Below, piece after piece: positions 1-13,580 of a stretch of DNA of 64,000 nucleotides. Position numbers and translations under genes: made by a program. The stretch comes from Antedon mediterranea. Lineage: Eukaryota > Animalia > Echinodermata. Numbering within the stretch: the stretch's first letter is position 1; the number at the start of each line of letters is the position of its first letter. A model generated the notes under the pieces. It made no database searches. It worked only from the letters and a program-made list of their open reading frames with translations, and had not been told where the DNA came from. The stretch spans positions 35,452,388-35,516,387 of the forward strand of contig NC_092670.1 in assembly GCF_964355755.1 (NCBI RefSeq), given 5' to 3'.

Positions 1-126
1 TATTCATCCTCAATCATGAAAATATACAACAACAATATATGAGAACATAAAAAAGATGAAAAGGAAACACATAAAAACTCAAAAGAGCTTGACGTTTGCT
101 CGTTATTCCAAGCATTTACTACCGAA

Positions 127-620
127 ATGATCATGAGTATAATTTTTCATAGTATAATTTTTGTAGTTAAGTGTTTGCATATTTTAATTGATTTTGATAT
201 ATTTGAATACCTTACAATTAATTCTCGGTATCCAGAGTCCCTCACCTTTAAACACATGTATGCTAGAACTAATGCATTTAAATACTCCCTGTTTGTTAAT
301 TTCCCTCGAATATGGGAATGTATCCCGCATGAAGTTCGTAACAAAGTCCTGTTTAACTTTAGGGGGTTTAGAAGGGATTTGAAAAAATGTATTACTGATA
401 TCGAATTCATCTAGACTATCACTGTGTTTTTATGTCTATTGCGTTTTTCGTACTATTAGTTGGGAAAGCCACTCGACAGTGCAGTTCTTTTGAACTGATC
501 CACTTTTGGTTACCCGCAGGTGCTGATAGTACTTTTGTTCTGTTTTGTTGAATGATGCCGTACCTTGTTTATGATATTTGTATGTTACCTGGAAATTGAA
601 TAAAATAAAATAAAATAAAA
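127..620 (+). mobile_element. 5'-truncated CR1/L2-group LINE 3' end
   Basis: ORF 127-414 ends ARTNAFKYSLFVNFPRIWECIPHEVR...FRRDLK, resembling the RTxxFKxSFFxRxxxxWNxLP C-terminus of CR1-group ORF2. It is followed by a UTR and a (TAAAA)n tail at ~598-620. Confidence 0.6.
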
Positions 621-861
621 ATGAGAAGGCTTTAAAATACAGTTTGATATCTTTTATAGAGAAATATAATAATAGGGCCTAAATCTCACAGATTAGACAA
701 GGAATTATTTAGAATGAGTTTTAAACTTAACATAATAGGCCTGTTTTTGACAACATAAAAATACACACAAGTGTTTATACCATTATATAATTTAGAATAC
801 CACAGTTGTAGAAAACTAAGCGGAAAATGTTGCTATTCATTTACAAAATGGATACCGCCTA

Positions 862-1100
862 AAGGCCTGTTCATACTAGGACGATAACAAACGACGATAT
901 ATGAATGTACACATTTCCTACAAAAAACTGAACAAGTTTTCATTTTATACTTGTAATATCTTTTGTGAAAATTAGGGAAGAGTGAAATTACAAATGAAAA
1001 TTATTAATTTCACTCTTCCCTGGTGAAAATAATATTTCACAAATCGTAACAATAGAGTTATTGATCGTCATTAGTTATCGTCCAAGTATAAACAGTCATT
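862..1100. mobile_element. MITE with imperfect terminal inverted repeats
   Basis: GGCCTGTTCATACTAGGACGATAAC ... GTTATCGTCCAAGTATAAACAGTC; related to the element at 1492-1895. Confidence 0.55.
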
Positions 1101-1491
1101 TAAGTGACGTCATTTGGGTATAAATAGTTGTCTTAGTTCTTACTGATGTTTTCATATAATAATTTGGATTGTGATGATAACTTTGTATTCACGGGAACAA
1201 TATAGTAAGTTGATGCTGGTTCATCTTCTTTGATATTATAATTCATGATGGTGTTGAACATTTTCATAATAAAGAGAAAGTTATTTCACATTATTGTCAA
1301 TGTGTTTCCAATTAAAGTTATTAGTGGTGAAGTGAAACATTAAACTAATAATACTGGTAATACACAATGCACACATACACCACCGGTGCATACACAAATC
1401 TCTAAATATAACTTTGGAACAAATTGTTTCCATGGTACAAACGTGTAAAAGTGTTTCCGTTTTACATTGATGTAAAATCTAAGAGCTTTAA

Positions 1492-1895
1492 AGTCCCGTT
1501 TACACTAGGGCGATACCAATCGAAAATAAATAGATAAACATACATTTTTCTTACATAAAACAAAAATAAATTGGAAGTTTTTCTTCTACCGCAATATGAT
1601 AATCATTTAATACTGTCCTTGATAAATGTAATATTTTAAAAAATCTAATCAAATGACGTCATAATCAATAAAAACAATAAAATCGTTGTATTGTCACTAT
1701 ATTATTGCACATACTAATCATGACGTCATTTCATTGGACGTGTGAACATAATTATTATTTTCATCAAAGGCAGGATAGATGGTTATACTATAGTTCTAGG
1801 ATAAAAACTTGTTAGATTTCTTTTGTTTTATGTATAAAAAATGTATGTTTATCTATTTATCGTCTATCGTTATCGCCCTAGTGTAAACGGGCATT
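1492..1895. mobile_element. MITE (Harbinger-like termini)
   Basis: CCCGTTTACACTAGGGCGATA ... TATCGCCCTAGTGTAAACGGG; the inverted arms extend inward (AAATAGATAAACATACATTTTT / AAAAATGTATGTTTATCTATTT). Confidence 0.7.
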
Positions 1896-2814
1896 AAAAC
1901 ACATACAAAATGATTGTAAAAGCATCACCGCTACAAAATGTGATTGATAATGAATAATTGGATCTATTGTCTTGTCATCTTCATGTTATAGTTGCCAAAA
2001 TGCAAAATATAATATGATAATGCATTTCCCGTACAGTACTTAACCTGACACACTTGTAGCTAACCTGACATAATATGATTTTATTTGATTTGAATTTCAT
2101 TTTTGATACAGACACTATGTTGATATCACTCACTTAAACACGTATTATGTTATTTCAAATTAAAGGATCATTGGCAATTGGTAATATTTTCTAATAATCA
2201 GTTTGTCTCTTTTAGCACCAACATGTTCTAAGTCTCTTAATATATAAATACATAAATATTGTTTCAGGTTATGCGACAGTATAGTCGCTTTGTAAATATT
2301 TTTATTTATAAATTCCATGACTAACTTCTGTGCACAAATAATATAGCCACGTGGACGATTTTTGAAGTTTGCCTTTTGGGACAAAATGACTCAAACTAGA
2401 CCTAGACCTATGTCATCTTTAAACTGTTTTGATTTTGTTTTTGTCTGATTAGATGACGTCATAAATAATCGTATAGTACATTTAATTTATTGAAATGATC
2501 ATTAATTGTAGTTTATGTATGCAATGGTTATGACTCAACGCGTGCGAACAAACAGCAGTCAGAATGGACTGGAATGGCCTATAACGTCGAGTCGAGTTCG
2601 AATCACAGATTCGCAATGGCGCATTCGTAATTGCACGAACAACTAACATGTTTATTATCTTTAAAGAGCGAAATGAATGAATAATTGAAAGGAATTACTT
2701 CTGTTTAAATTCGTACCAAAAAAATGCTTTGTGGTGTTACTTTATTGTAAAAATGAAAAATAAAACATAAATGATTTGTAATTTATTATGTTATTTTTAT
2801 TATAAAAACATCAG

Positions 2815-5800
2815 GTTGAAGTTTCATGGACAATATCTTGGGATAGAAATGTAGAAAAAAGTTTGAAACCGTTGTTTGATTGTCAGGGAAGAGATGAGAT
2901 CAAAGGCGAAGGTCTTCTTTTTTGTCTTAACTGTTCAAATCCTGTGGCTTACCCCAAACCACTGCGACTAAGATGTGTTGGTTACAGCATACAGGATGGG
3001 TACAGTTTGGGCCGAAACTCGTTTGTATTTGAACCAAGAGATAAAAAGCAACCGTTATCAAAGTTTATGCTGTCGTAAGTAAACATATTTTACGTTAAAA
3101 AAAGATACACATAGCAGAAACTTTCTTGGAAACTTCCCGTGAAACGTAGATGCATGTTTTAACTATATGGCCATTCAGAAGGACACAAACATTTTGTTCA
3201 ATTGGTTCCACTGTAACTGTATTAACATTAAAACTGTATATTATTTTGAACTATTACACAACAGTATTAACTTGAATTGTACTTAGATGTTCTTCATATT
3301 TTCTTCAATTTCAAACACTAATCAGCATTGTGCAATAAGCGCTATATAAGAACGAGTGTATTATAATTATTGTTTTTTAATAATTTCACAAGATATCAAC
3401 GTTCCAAGAACATCAGTCGATCGAGTAGTTATTGGCGGCAAATATCAAATTACGGCGGCGGATCAATGTACAAATTATGGAGAATGATGGTAGATATTGA
3501 CACGACAATCGAAAACTCATCGCCAATAGCAACATTTCCACCTATATACATCGTGCAATACGCATGCGGAGATGTGAAGATTAAAATATCTGGTGTGTAG
3601 GCCTATCTTTTGTGTTAACATATATACGCCTAGATCATAAGTCTATTACAAAGGCCCCAGTTATCTAATGGTAGGACCTCTACGTCATATTAAGCAGAAT
3701 GATTTCTTCAGCTTAACCATTTTACAATTGATATTAAAGTTCTATATGGTTCTTGTGTGGTTTAGAATGTCTTATGTTCCTTTCAAATTGATATAATAAA
3801 TCGTAATGACAATAATAATTTCTAAATCGAAAGCTTAAAAAGTACCATCTGTGTGTAGGTTAAAATGTTAAAAAAGTATATGATTTGATTAGGCTGTTTA
3901 TACTGGAGGCCTACTTGGAAGAAACAGGAGTGAAGTTGTTACCTGGTGGTTATGATGCTTGGCTACCACTCCAAGGGTCCTGGGTTCAAGTCCTGTCACA
4001 TGTCAGGATTTTTTCTAAGGACCAAATTACTCCACTCCCAAAGACTTGTAATAAGACTTTGTTTATGTAGAGCATCTTGTGTATATGTTTGTCTTGTGAA
4101 CCTCTGAGGGTCCGTAATGATCAGCAATAGCTGGATGGATCACCCTCATTAAAAAAAAAAACATTATTAAAAACAGGTTATTGTACATGTACTATAAGCT
4201 AGTTAAACGTAACTATTATATCTTTGTTTTATATTGTTTGAAGGTTTGCATGGAGAAATCAAATATTAACATAACGTTTGCGGTACACCACGTATATTAG
4301 TTTCGCATTCTTACTCGGCCTTAGAACGATCAAAGCATATTGATGAAACGTCGAGAAACTCAACAGTTCTTTTCAGAACTAATATACCTGGTGTACCGCA
4401 AACTTTACATCAACATATCTTAATTGTTATTCTTTGGACTTTTTTTTTTGTAGTTTATGATCCCGACGGCGATAAAGTGAGATGCCGGTGGGCAAGTGGT
4501 CCAAGCGAATGTCCACCACAAATTATGAATGTTGAGCCGGTATGCGGTCAAATATCACCCCATACAATAATGGATGAGGTATGACACATAAAAGCCTATT
4601 CTAGCCTGAAATTGACACACGCTAATCATAGTTCTATAGTTTTTCTAATATACGGAAAATTTTCAAATTGTTCACGATGTCGAGCGTTGACTGTTGCTTT
4701 CAAGCAGCTGTGATTGATCAACGTAAACTCCTATGTTACAATGTGAATGTTGAAATTTTTTTTAATGAGATGTAAACTTCGAATGTTGTATTTTGAGCTA
4801 CTCTGTAATTTGGTCACTAACCGGATAATTATAACGCCCACACACAATATGACATTGCTAAATAAAACTTTCCGGGTAATGCTTCGGAGATATTATGTTT
4901 TCCCTTATAGAATGATAGGCACGGCCGGTGATTAACCTTTTTGTGACTTTATAAATTAAGTTACTTGCTTCTCTGCTTTCAAATTAAAGACAAGAATCAC
5001 TTAAATTAGGCATAAATTTGATTTTCAACTTACTTTTTACTAGAAATTTCAATGGCTTGGGTTTTTCAAAAAACGAATACATATGTTACTGTAACAAATA
5101 CAATACAATGGGTATCAGTGGCTGGATCTCTAGATACCGTAGATACAAATGAAATAAGAAAAGAGTTAAATCAAAACGGTAAAGTATATAATTAGGCCAT
5201 ATACACGGCTGCAGTCGCGTGCTCAAATTAGTGTTTACCGACCAACCGACTGTAGAGTCACGTTACACGCAACTAAAAAGACAGAAAGTGTTAATCTTTT
5301 GGAAACACTAACATGGCTATATATCGGCTTTATACAATTATTTAGTTTTACTTAATTTAATTAATAGCATACAGAGCTGTATACATAGGCATAGTTAAAC
5401 AGGCTATAAAAAGGTACACAATAAGAGTGAACATAAAATATTCAATATTATTTTTTCTGTATTGAATATGATATCAGAATGATACTTATGCTAGTAATAC
5501 ATTATTTCAATTTTAGGATAACTGTGAATATACGTTTCCCGTGTCCTCACTTACCTACAGAAACCCCGATTATGGAAACCGAAAGAAAAGCTACTGGTTT
5601 GCCGTTCCGATAACTATCGAGGATTTCCGAGACGGCAAAAGACTAAGCAAAGTTCCATTGCAGTATTTAATAAGAGTAGATAAACGAGGTAGTGTATAAT
5701 CATTACTCTTCATAATCATTTCATACACCTCTCCTAACTGTTTACAGGGATTGAAACCTCACCCATGTCCCCCTTCGCTGATGCTCTCAACAGGGACATG

Positions 5801-8800
5801 AATTAAATTACCCGGGTAAAAACTATGCCTAAAAAGTTCGAAAAACTCTTTTTGATGTTTCGCTGAAATGACCAAACACAAGAATCCCTCCTGTCTACAT
5901 GATAGATGCTAATCTCCACATTTCCATTTACCTCTTCCTGGCATATATATGGAAATTAAATTCCACTGAGATAAAAACATCATTTTTCAAATTTAAAAAC
6001 AAAAAAGTGCAATGATTAACACGTGTCTAAGCATTTCCGATATAGCCATAATAAAAACCCCAGTTGTTTGGAGATACGGACCTTTCACAAACATAGCTTT
6101 CCCTGCAGTTACGTGTACTCCATTGGGGGTCTACACAATTCTTCCCTGGCCTACTCTTTTCCTTACAAGTATTGAACTCATATCATCATATTGTTGTTAA
6201 TTCGGCCTAGCGCCAAAACGTCTTATTACTAAATCTGCAACGTTATGGGGCACTTCTCCGGGGATTTGTCGTGAGACATGATGAGTTGTACTGAAGACAT
6301 GAATAGACTTCATCGGTTCCTAACAGAAATGAATTTCAATGGATGATCTATACTGTATAAGAAACTTTTTGGCAGTAACATGATATTAGGCCTATGTAGA
6401 AAATCTTTGTTTAATGTGACAATTTCCGTTTTTATATTGTTCAATTACTTAGCTCATTTCCCCATCTTATCTTCAACACCAGTCTAGCTAAATTGAATTG
6501 AATGACCCAATTTATAACGACATTTCTTATAATATTCTTAAAGATGTATTATCACCCAAAAACCTTAAAAATTAAGATAAATTAAATCAGATTTTAGTTT
6601 GGTGAAGTTATTGTGTAGTTTTAAATTCCGTAGAAAAAAACGGAAATAACAATGCTTAAAAAATTACAAAATAAACCAAAAACCCATTTGCAGCCAATTT
6701 GACTATTTTTACTTTAAATTTTTTTTTCGATCCAATTTTTTATCAAAATGGAAAACTATTATGTGACATTAAAATGGCATATTCTACAAAAAATGGGACA
6801 ATACATCTTTTATGTTTCCTTTGTTTTGTATTAGTTCCTAGTGTATGTGAAAGGCCAACGTTGCAAATTGGACAAGAATGCCTTTATCTACTTGTGGGAG
6901 AAATGTGGATGCTTACAGTGAAGGCTGATAGTTCGTATGGGTATGACAATCCTAGTTTTTATTTTTTTAATTTCAACTATCTTTAAAGAGAGTAACTCTT
7001 CCAGTTTTAGTTCAATGAGTTAACCGATATTCAGGGGTCCTCTTTAATAAAATTAAAATACATTGCAAATTAACAATAGCAAGCAATTATCATTAAAATT
7101 AGGAATATCACAAAAAAATATATAAAATAACATCTAATAAATCAATACTGTAGCTTTCATCTTTCAAATTTTAATAATTTTACAGCAAAAAAAAAATCGA
7201 ATCTATTTAAATAATTTATAGCTACAGTTGCATATGGCAACATACTCTGTTTAGTTTTCATTACGATAATATTGTTCCTTAAAATATATATTAATTTTTT
7301 TGTAGTTATCAATATGCTATTGTTTATTACAATTATGTTTTTTGTTGTTATTACAATGCTACTTGTCTTTTTACAATTCCACTAGTATAAGGGACATTGC
7401 GATTCTCCCTGGAACAACCGACATTACGATGTTTGAACTAAACGACGCCTCTACAAAAACTTCAGGATTTAGAAAAATAACTTGGACTCCCACTGCTGGT
7501 TTTACCGGACAACATTTCATATTCATCTACGCTATTGACAATAACGGGTAAAGTATCATTAAATTATTCACAAAGTCTAAACAAAAATAATGGAAAGAAA
7601 AAAAAGAAAACAAAATCCAAGGGAAAAAAACCAATTATAATAACTACATAATTATTTAGATAATGAATGTGAATTTAGATACAGGTAAATGTGTAGTTTG
7701 TTGAGCCATGAAAAAAGCCATACGTACTATTGATAATAATACAGTAACGTTTTACAATGTTTTGTAACAAACCTAATTAGGGAATAGAGTGGCTTATACT
7801 ATTAAGTGCCCATATATGGACATGGTGGTGTCATATCGTTACCATATTTTGGCATATCACTACCATTATATGGTGGCTTATACTATTATATTGCCTAAGG
7901 TTTGACAGCTTTGCATGTAAGTAACTGTGCCGAGCAATTAATATCGTATAAACAATTTCATCAAACTTTTAGAGTTTAAAATAAGTTTTATACAGTAAAG
8001 GTTAAAAGTTGAAAGCTCATAATTATGTGGATTAAATGATCTGATGGGGCTAATCATTCCTCATCATGGAGAGTAACAACTGTTACTAGTTATTCGGTTG
8101 CCTTATCCTCGAGTACATCCTAGAGGATTCTAAAAACATTCAAATATCTTGAAAATGAATTATTAAATATGTGTTTTTCTTTCTTTCAAAAATTGGGTCA
8201 TTTATAGTTCATGTTTTAAATGTAAATGTTTGGTGTTAGTTTATGATCATTTAGTACTGTAATTTAATTTAAAAATGTCAATTAAAAAAAAAAATGTATT
8301 TTTCGATCTTTCAAAAATTGGATCATATTTATAGTTTTTTGTTTGTTTTAAATGTAAATGTTTGATGTTAGTTTATGATAGTAGTATCATTTAGTATTTT
8401 ATTTTAAAATAGCAATTAAAAAAGAAACATATTTTGTATTAATATTACAATTTTTTAGACTGATATTAAGCTAAGGAAATACAATTGAACGTTTACAGTA
8501 CTTCACAGTAATTGTAATGGTAAGGGTCCTGCAATGAGAAAAGGTCATTGGATTAACATAAAGTTCTGTCTACACTATCAAACCATATATGGACATGATG
8601 ATGTAATATCGCTACTATAACACATTTTAACAAGTTTTAAAACTAAATAATACATTTTGTAATTTTCCAAATATATACTAATAACATTAATTACTTTTTA
8701 CTGTATTTTAATCATAGATATCGCAGTGAATATAAGACAATTACGGTTAATGTAATTCGTAAGTAGAAATTTCATTTTAATGTCATTTTTTATTTGATTA

Positions 8801-11800
8801 AAAAAGTATTTTTCCCCAAAAATAAAAAAAAATTAATATTAATAAACTTAATCGCTTTCGTTAAAAAAGGAAATAAATATATACAGATAAATATTGTTTT
8901 CAATTTATACAGTATTATCTTTAAGCTAATCGGAGAAATTAATTACCATAATTCCTTTAAAAAAATATAATGATTATGCTAATTGGACTCATTATTTATT
9001 ATAGAAAAATGGGCTGATACAAAAATACCGGAAACACCCGAGGTCACAGGTCACTACCCAGCATCAAATAAAGTCTATGATATCGAGAATCGCTTCTGGA
9101 ACATTTCATTTGATCATACGGTAACGTGGTTATACTGTATTATATTGATGCGCTGGTTTCCACATGTTTATCTTATTTTTTATATAGAAGATTCCATCAT
9201 GAACCCAGTAAAGAGTGAAGTTTGATACACGGCGCGGCAGTAAGAAAAGCGACAATGTAATGGTAGTTTGCGCATGCCTACGGAGTTGATCTATATTCCT
9301 CTTTATAATTATTCAGATACAACGTCCAAGCGACTCCCGTTACGTCACTGTTTTTGATGATGCTGACAACAAAGAGACATTCAAAGTGGACTTGTCAAAC
9401 GAAACTGCTGTCAAAATAAACGACCGGAAAACCTATCACTTTTACGGACCTAGGCTGGAGCGTGGCCAAACGTACCGTGTCGTCATCGATACTGGCGCTA
9501 CGGAATCGCAATCATGTGACGCGTGCACTACCAGTTGCGCACGTTTTCCGTCAAAGGGTGTTACTTTTCAAGTGCTTACTGGAGAAATAGGTATTTTTTT
9601 TAATCTTAAAATTCTAACGTAATACAATAACAGTATAGTATTGTAATCATTACAGATAAACCGCAGCACCCATGAGGATCTGGTTATTGAACATGCTGGA
9701 AACATTGGTTTCTCTGTTTGGAAGTTTGAATAATAACAAAACTATCATTTTTTTTCGTAGTTGAGGTAACCGAATCTCCTTCTTGCGATTTGATCCTGCC
9801 AGAGGTTGACATTGGACGGAACTGTACCTATATACAAGTAGGTTCGATATGGCAAAGAACAATTACTGCAGTGAATACAAATGGGTGAGTTTAATGCTAT
9901 ACATTTTATTAATGCTACCGGGTATTGCTAAACCCCGCGAACTAAACAAAAACATAGCAAACCCATTTGACCGAAATACAATTTATTGAATCATATATAG
10001 TGTACGGTACGACTCACTTGATAAAGTGTATTAGTTATAAAAATTAAATTATGTTTGTTAACTTTTTATTTTTGGGTTAAAACATCATTTTTTGGTTAAA
10101 AAGGATTGTGTTAACAACTGGTGTTTTACCCTATATATATTTGTTACAAACCAAAATGTCATTGTTTTGGCTGGCATACCAAGTGAGTCGTACACTATTC
10201 AATTACATTTATTTCGGTTCAATTGCGTTTGCTGAGGATTTGCGGGATTTAGCAATACATATGCTACCAACTATATGCAGTCAAATTATGGTAAATTGTT
10301 GAAGAGTAGTAGGAGCATTATGTGACTCTCCTAAAACCTCAATTAAATTCAAAATACTTAATAAACTGCCCAAAAATTCAAAATTTCAGATTCATGTCAC
10401 TGTTCATTGAGGGCGTCAATGGAATGACCATAAGCAATGGTTATTTAAGAGGGGATTTATATGTCCGGAATCTGTCGTGGAAACCAAAGAAAGTTAACAA
10501 AGGACGGAATATAGTACAAGTTATAGCTATTGGAAGTCATGGGTAAAGTATAAATATTCATTCATTCATCAGTGGAAAATTACTTCTATTTATTGTAATT
10601 TGCATATAAAATATACATAGAAATTATGTTTGCTCTGAGATATACAAAAACAGAAAAATTGAAAAACTAACAAAAACATTCACTCTCGTACGGTATACGT
10701 ATTCAGTGCCCGAATGGCAGCTAGATAAAAGCTGTTACGAAACCTATTTGTACGAGAGACGATGGACCGGTAAACGTCTACCACTACGTAACACCTCAAA
10801 TACATTATGCATGGGATGAGTAGAATCTTGCGATATAGCATGTGTTTTTTAAATTAATCGATTTTCAAAAAAACGGATTCAATAGAACTCTGCTCTGTTC
10901 CAATATACATGATGCGTATAATAGTTGTTCACATGACTGTATAAACCTATACAGAGTGTGTTAACGTTCACTTAAGCTTGGTTCCCACTAGAACGTAACG
11001 CAAGGACGTAAACGCAACGCAAGCGTTTTAACCAATGACAAGCGAAGTTATAGACAGTTAGCAATCACAAGCGATCAAGCCATCGCTTGTGATTGGTCAA
11101 TTCACTTGCGTTGCGTTACGTCCTTGTGTTGCGTCGCTAGTGGAAACCACGCTTAAATGCTATTGTTACCATGACCAATAAAACAATTACTGTATCTTAC
11201 ATTAAAGGCATAATACATTCCATTTACAATTACTCCTGGGTCTGAAAGCAGTTTATTCTGTAGAGAAAGTTCGTAAATGAGAAGTTCAGAAGAAAACTCT
11301 ACACTTAGGAAAAATGACGAATGCCATGCAATTATGAAGACAATTAAAGTCTACTTCCATTTTTAACTGTCGTAATTGAGTTAGTAATAATAAATCATCT
11401 ATTCTAATATAACTAAAGTAATAATTGTATTTCTAACTTTACAATATAATGTCAACTAAAGATATTTTTTTACAAAACCATTGACGATCTTTCAGATTTG
11501 ATTTGATTGATAGAAAGGTAATCACCAATCAACTTAATACAAATGTATTAAGTTATTTACTTTTAGCAAATCAAAAAGAGGTTAGGATGTTTATGAGTGA
11601 ATGTTATTTTAAGATTCTAAAAAGTCCAAAAGCCAAACTGATGGTGTTCTAGTTAGTGTGAAGGACGCCACTAAGCAAGCAAGATCAATGAAGTTAATTT
11701 ATTCTCTTTGTGGAAAATCCAATGGATTTAAACATAATTTAGGTGATCACGATACTTTTCTAGGCCAAGCTGATGTGATTTCCAAAAAAAAGATACAAAA

Positions 11801-13580
11801 TGGTTTCATCTTACAGGCCACCATATGGCAGGCAAACGCCACCAAAATCAACCATGTTGAACTAAACTGGAATTTGATTATAAAATATACTGTCATTTCT
11901 ATAATTTACAGAATGTCTAGCCTTACTGAAGAAATAGAACTGATTGTTGTCGGTAAGAACAAACAAATAATAATTCTTAATACAATAATAACAATGACAA
12001 TAATATTCAATACAACTTTGTAGAAAGTTTACATCTTGTTCCTGATGCTCTTTCTACTACCGTCACTAATTGATACTTTTCTTTCTTCTTGTTGTTTTTA
12101 CAATAACAATTATAGGACTTCTTCGTCTTTATAACGTGAATTTCTTTGTTTATATAAAGTTTACGGTACACCACGTATCTTAGTTCTGAAAGGAACTGTT
12201 GAGTTTCTTTTTATCTCATCTTTGTTTAGGCATGTCTGTCACAAGCTTTTTGCTTTTTTTGAACATGCCTTCTTCAATTTAGTTACCTTTCTTTACACCA
12301 TTTTGTATACTGTTTTAATTTGAAGAAAATAAATGTTACTTTGATTGATTGATTGATTGATTGATTGAGTTTCTCGACGTTTCAATCAATATGCTTTGAT
12401 CGTCTTTAGGAGTGAGAATTCAGAAAGTTCAGAAATTGAAATATGCTTAAGTCGCTTAAATGTATACACTACAGTATTCTGTTACAATATTGTTGATAGT
12501 GTAAATGTTGAACATGGACTATCATATTTTCAGACCAAGCACCAAAAGACCAAGATAATATCAGCGGACCAGCAGTAGTTACGAGAGAAAGCAAACCTCA
12601 CCAGAACGAAGTAGTAACATCACCAATTACTAACATTACTATAGCATTTGATATGAAGGTAATACTTCCTAAAATTAAAATGCTTTACATTATAGGAAAA
12701 AAATCCATATTTACTCCTCGGTTAATTAGAGACAAAAATGTGAAAATATTATTTTTGTACATTTTTTTAAAAGATAACAAAACCTGTTAGTTCGGCATAC
12801 ATCCACATACAACAACAGACAACCCCACACACCGTATATAAAATTGATGCGTCTGGTGAAGACGTCACAATCGATGACGTCACAGGACGTAAAATGACGG
12901 TTCTTCTACCCGATGGAAGTATACATGGTTCATATAGAGTGGTAATTGACGCTGGCGTCGCTGTTTTTCTATTCTGTGATATTTGCAATAGTTCACCAGA
13001 GTGCAACTCATTCAAATCACAACCAGCTCAATGGGAATTTCATATAGGTAAGACGATATTTAAAATTTCAATTTATTGAAGAATACAACAAATTCAACCT
13101 CACAGGAGAGCTCTTAAGTTTGAGTTATGGGTCTCATTTTTTAATATAGGGAAGTGGTGAACATAATATGTATATTTCTACAAGCGATTCCGATTAAAAT
13201 CATACGTTATGGGCGCAAATTGTCTCAATGTTTATACACAGTGTCAAACTAATAATGTCCGGGATGGCGTAGTTTAATTAAAAAAATATTTATAATTTAT
13301 TCCACTTGTTATAGTCGTTGTTCGAATTTTGAGAAAAGAAAGAAGTGGGAGAAAACTGTAATTTAGGCCGACTATAAGATTTGAGTTTTAGCCTATTCCG
13401 CTGTTAATGTTCAGTGGTATCTCCTAAAAATCCTTATATCCTTAAATATTTAACAGTTCCAATCATTGTTTCTTGTTTTCAGACAAATGTGGTTGCAACA
13501 CAATCCTTCAACGTTTGAACGATGCTGAAGAGCGCCTCTTGCGGTTAGAATCAGCTTTGCAAAATTTAAATTCCAAGTAG
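2815..13580 (+). CDS. Gene A: Sib/'integrin beta-like' N-terminal region + 2x (Ig-like + SbsA/Big_5-like) modules + C-terminal CxC coiled coil; >=756 aa, 5' exons unresolved
   Basis: 15 GT-AG exons in consistent phase: 2815-3074, 3393-3592, 4454-4578, 5517-5688, 6835-6940, 7386-7547, 8718-8758, 9005-9120, 9317-9590, 9761-9884, 10390-10542, 11912-11952, 12534-12658, 12774-13047, 13483-13580 (TAG); total 2271 nt. Motifs NSSP, DPDGDKVRCRWA and IEDF..KVPLQYLI are shared with gene C. No TM helix. Confidence 0.88.
3928..4162 (+). mobile_element. tRNA-derived SINE
   Basis: tRNA-like head with B-box GGTTCAAGTCC (~3983), then a 3' hairpin GAGGGTCC..GATCAGCAATAGCTGGAT..CACCCTC and poly(A). The same 3' tail recurs at ~54381-54430. 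Confidence 0.6.
4276..4405. mobile_element. Short inverted-repeat element, possibly Penelope-derived; second copy at 12160-12420
   Basis: GTTTGCGGTACACCACGTATATTAG ... CTAATATACCTGGTGTACCGCAAAC arms around GATCAAAGCATATTGATGAAACGTCGAG. Confidence 0.55.
6542..6808. mobile_element. Kolobok-like non-autonomous DNA transposon
   Basis: TTAA|AGATGTATTATCACCC ... GGGACAATACATCT; same family as 32305-32636, 50672-51001 and a partial copy at ~56810-57103. Confidence 0.65.
9922..10258. mobile_element. MITE with long imperfect TIRs
   Basis: GTATTGCTAAACCCCGCGAA..ACCGAAATA..GTACGACTCACTTG versus CAAGTGAGTCGTAC..TATTTCGGT..TTGCGGGATTTAGCAATAC. Confidence 0.6.
10975..11153 (-). mobile_element. ~180-bp PIF/Harbinger-like MITE (family H1), inverted relative to the other copies
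   Basis: TIRs AGCTTGGTTCCCACTAG ... CTAGTGGAAACCACGCT with TTA/TAA flanks; near-identical to copies at 21683, 30979 and 38283. Confidence 0.85.
12160..12420. mobile_element. Copy of the 4276 element interrupted by a retroelement 3' tail
   Basis: Insert ~12209-12362 ends in AATAAA and (GATT)n and is flanked by duplicated TTGAGTTTCT. Confidence 0.65.

Noticed and set aside
9656-9733. Possible extra exon of gene A after the AG at 9655
   Set aside because: In the required phase 1 it reaches TGA after six codons, whereas the 9761 acceptor gives a homologous open exon.
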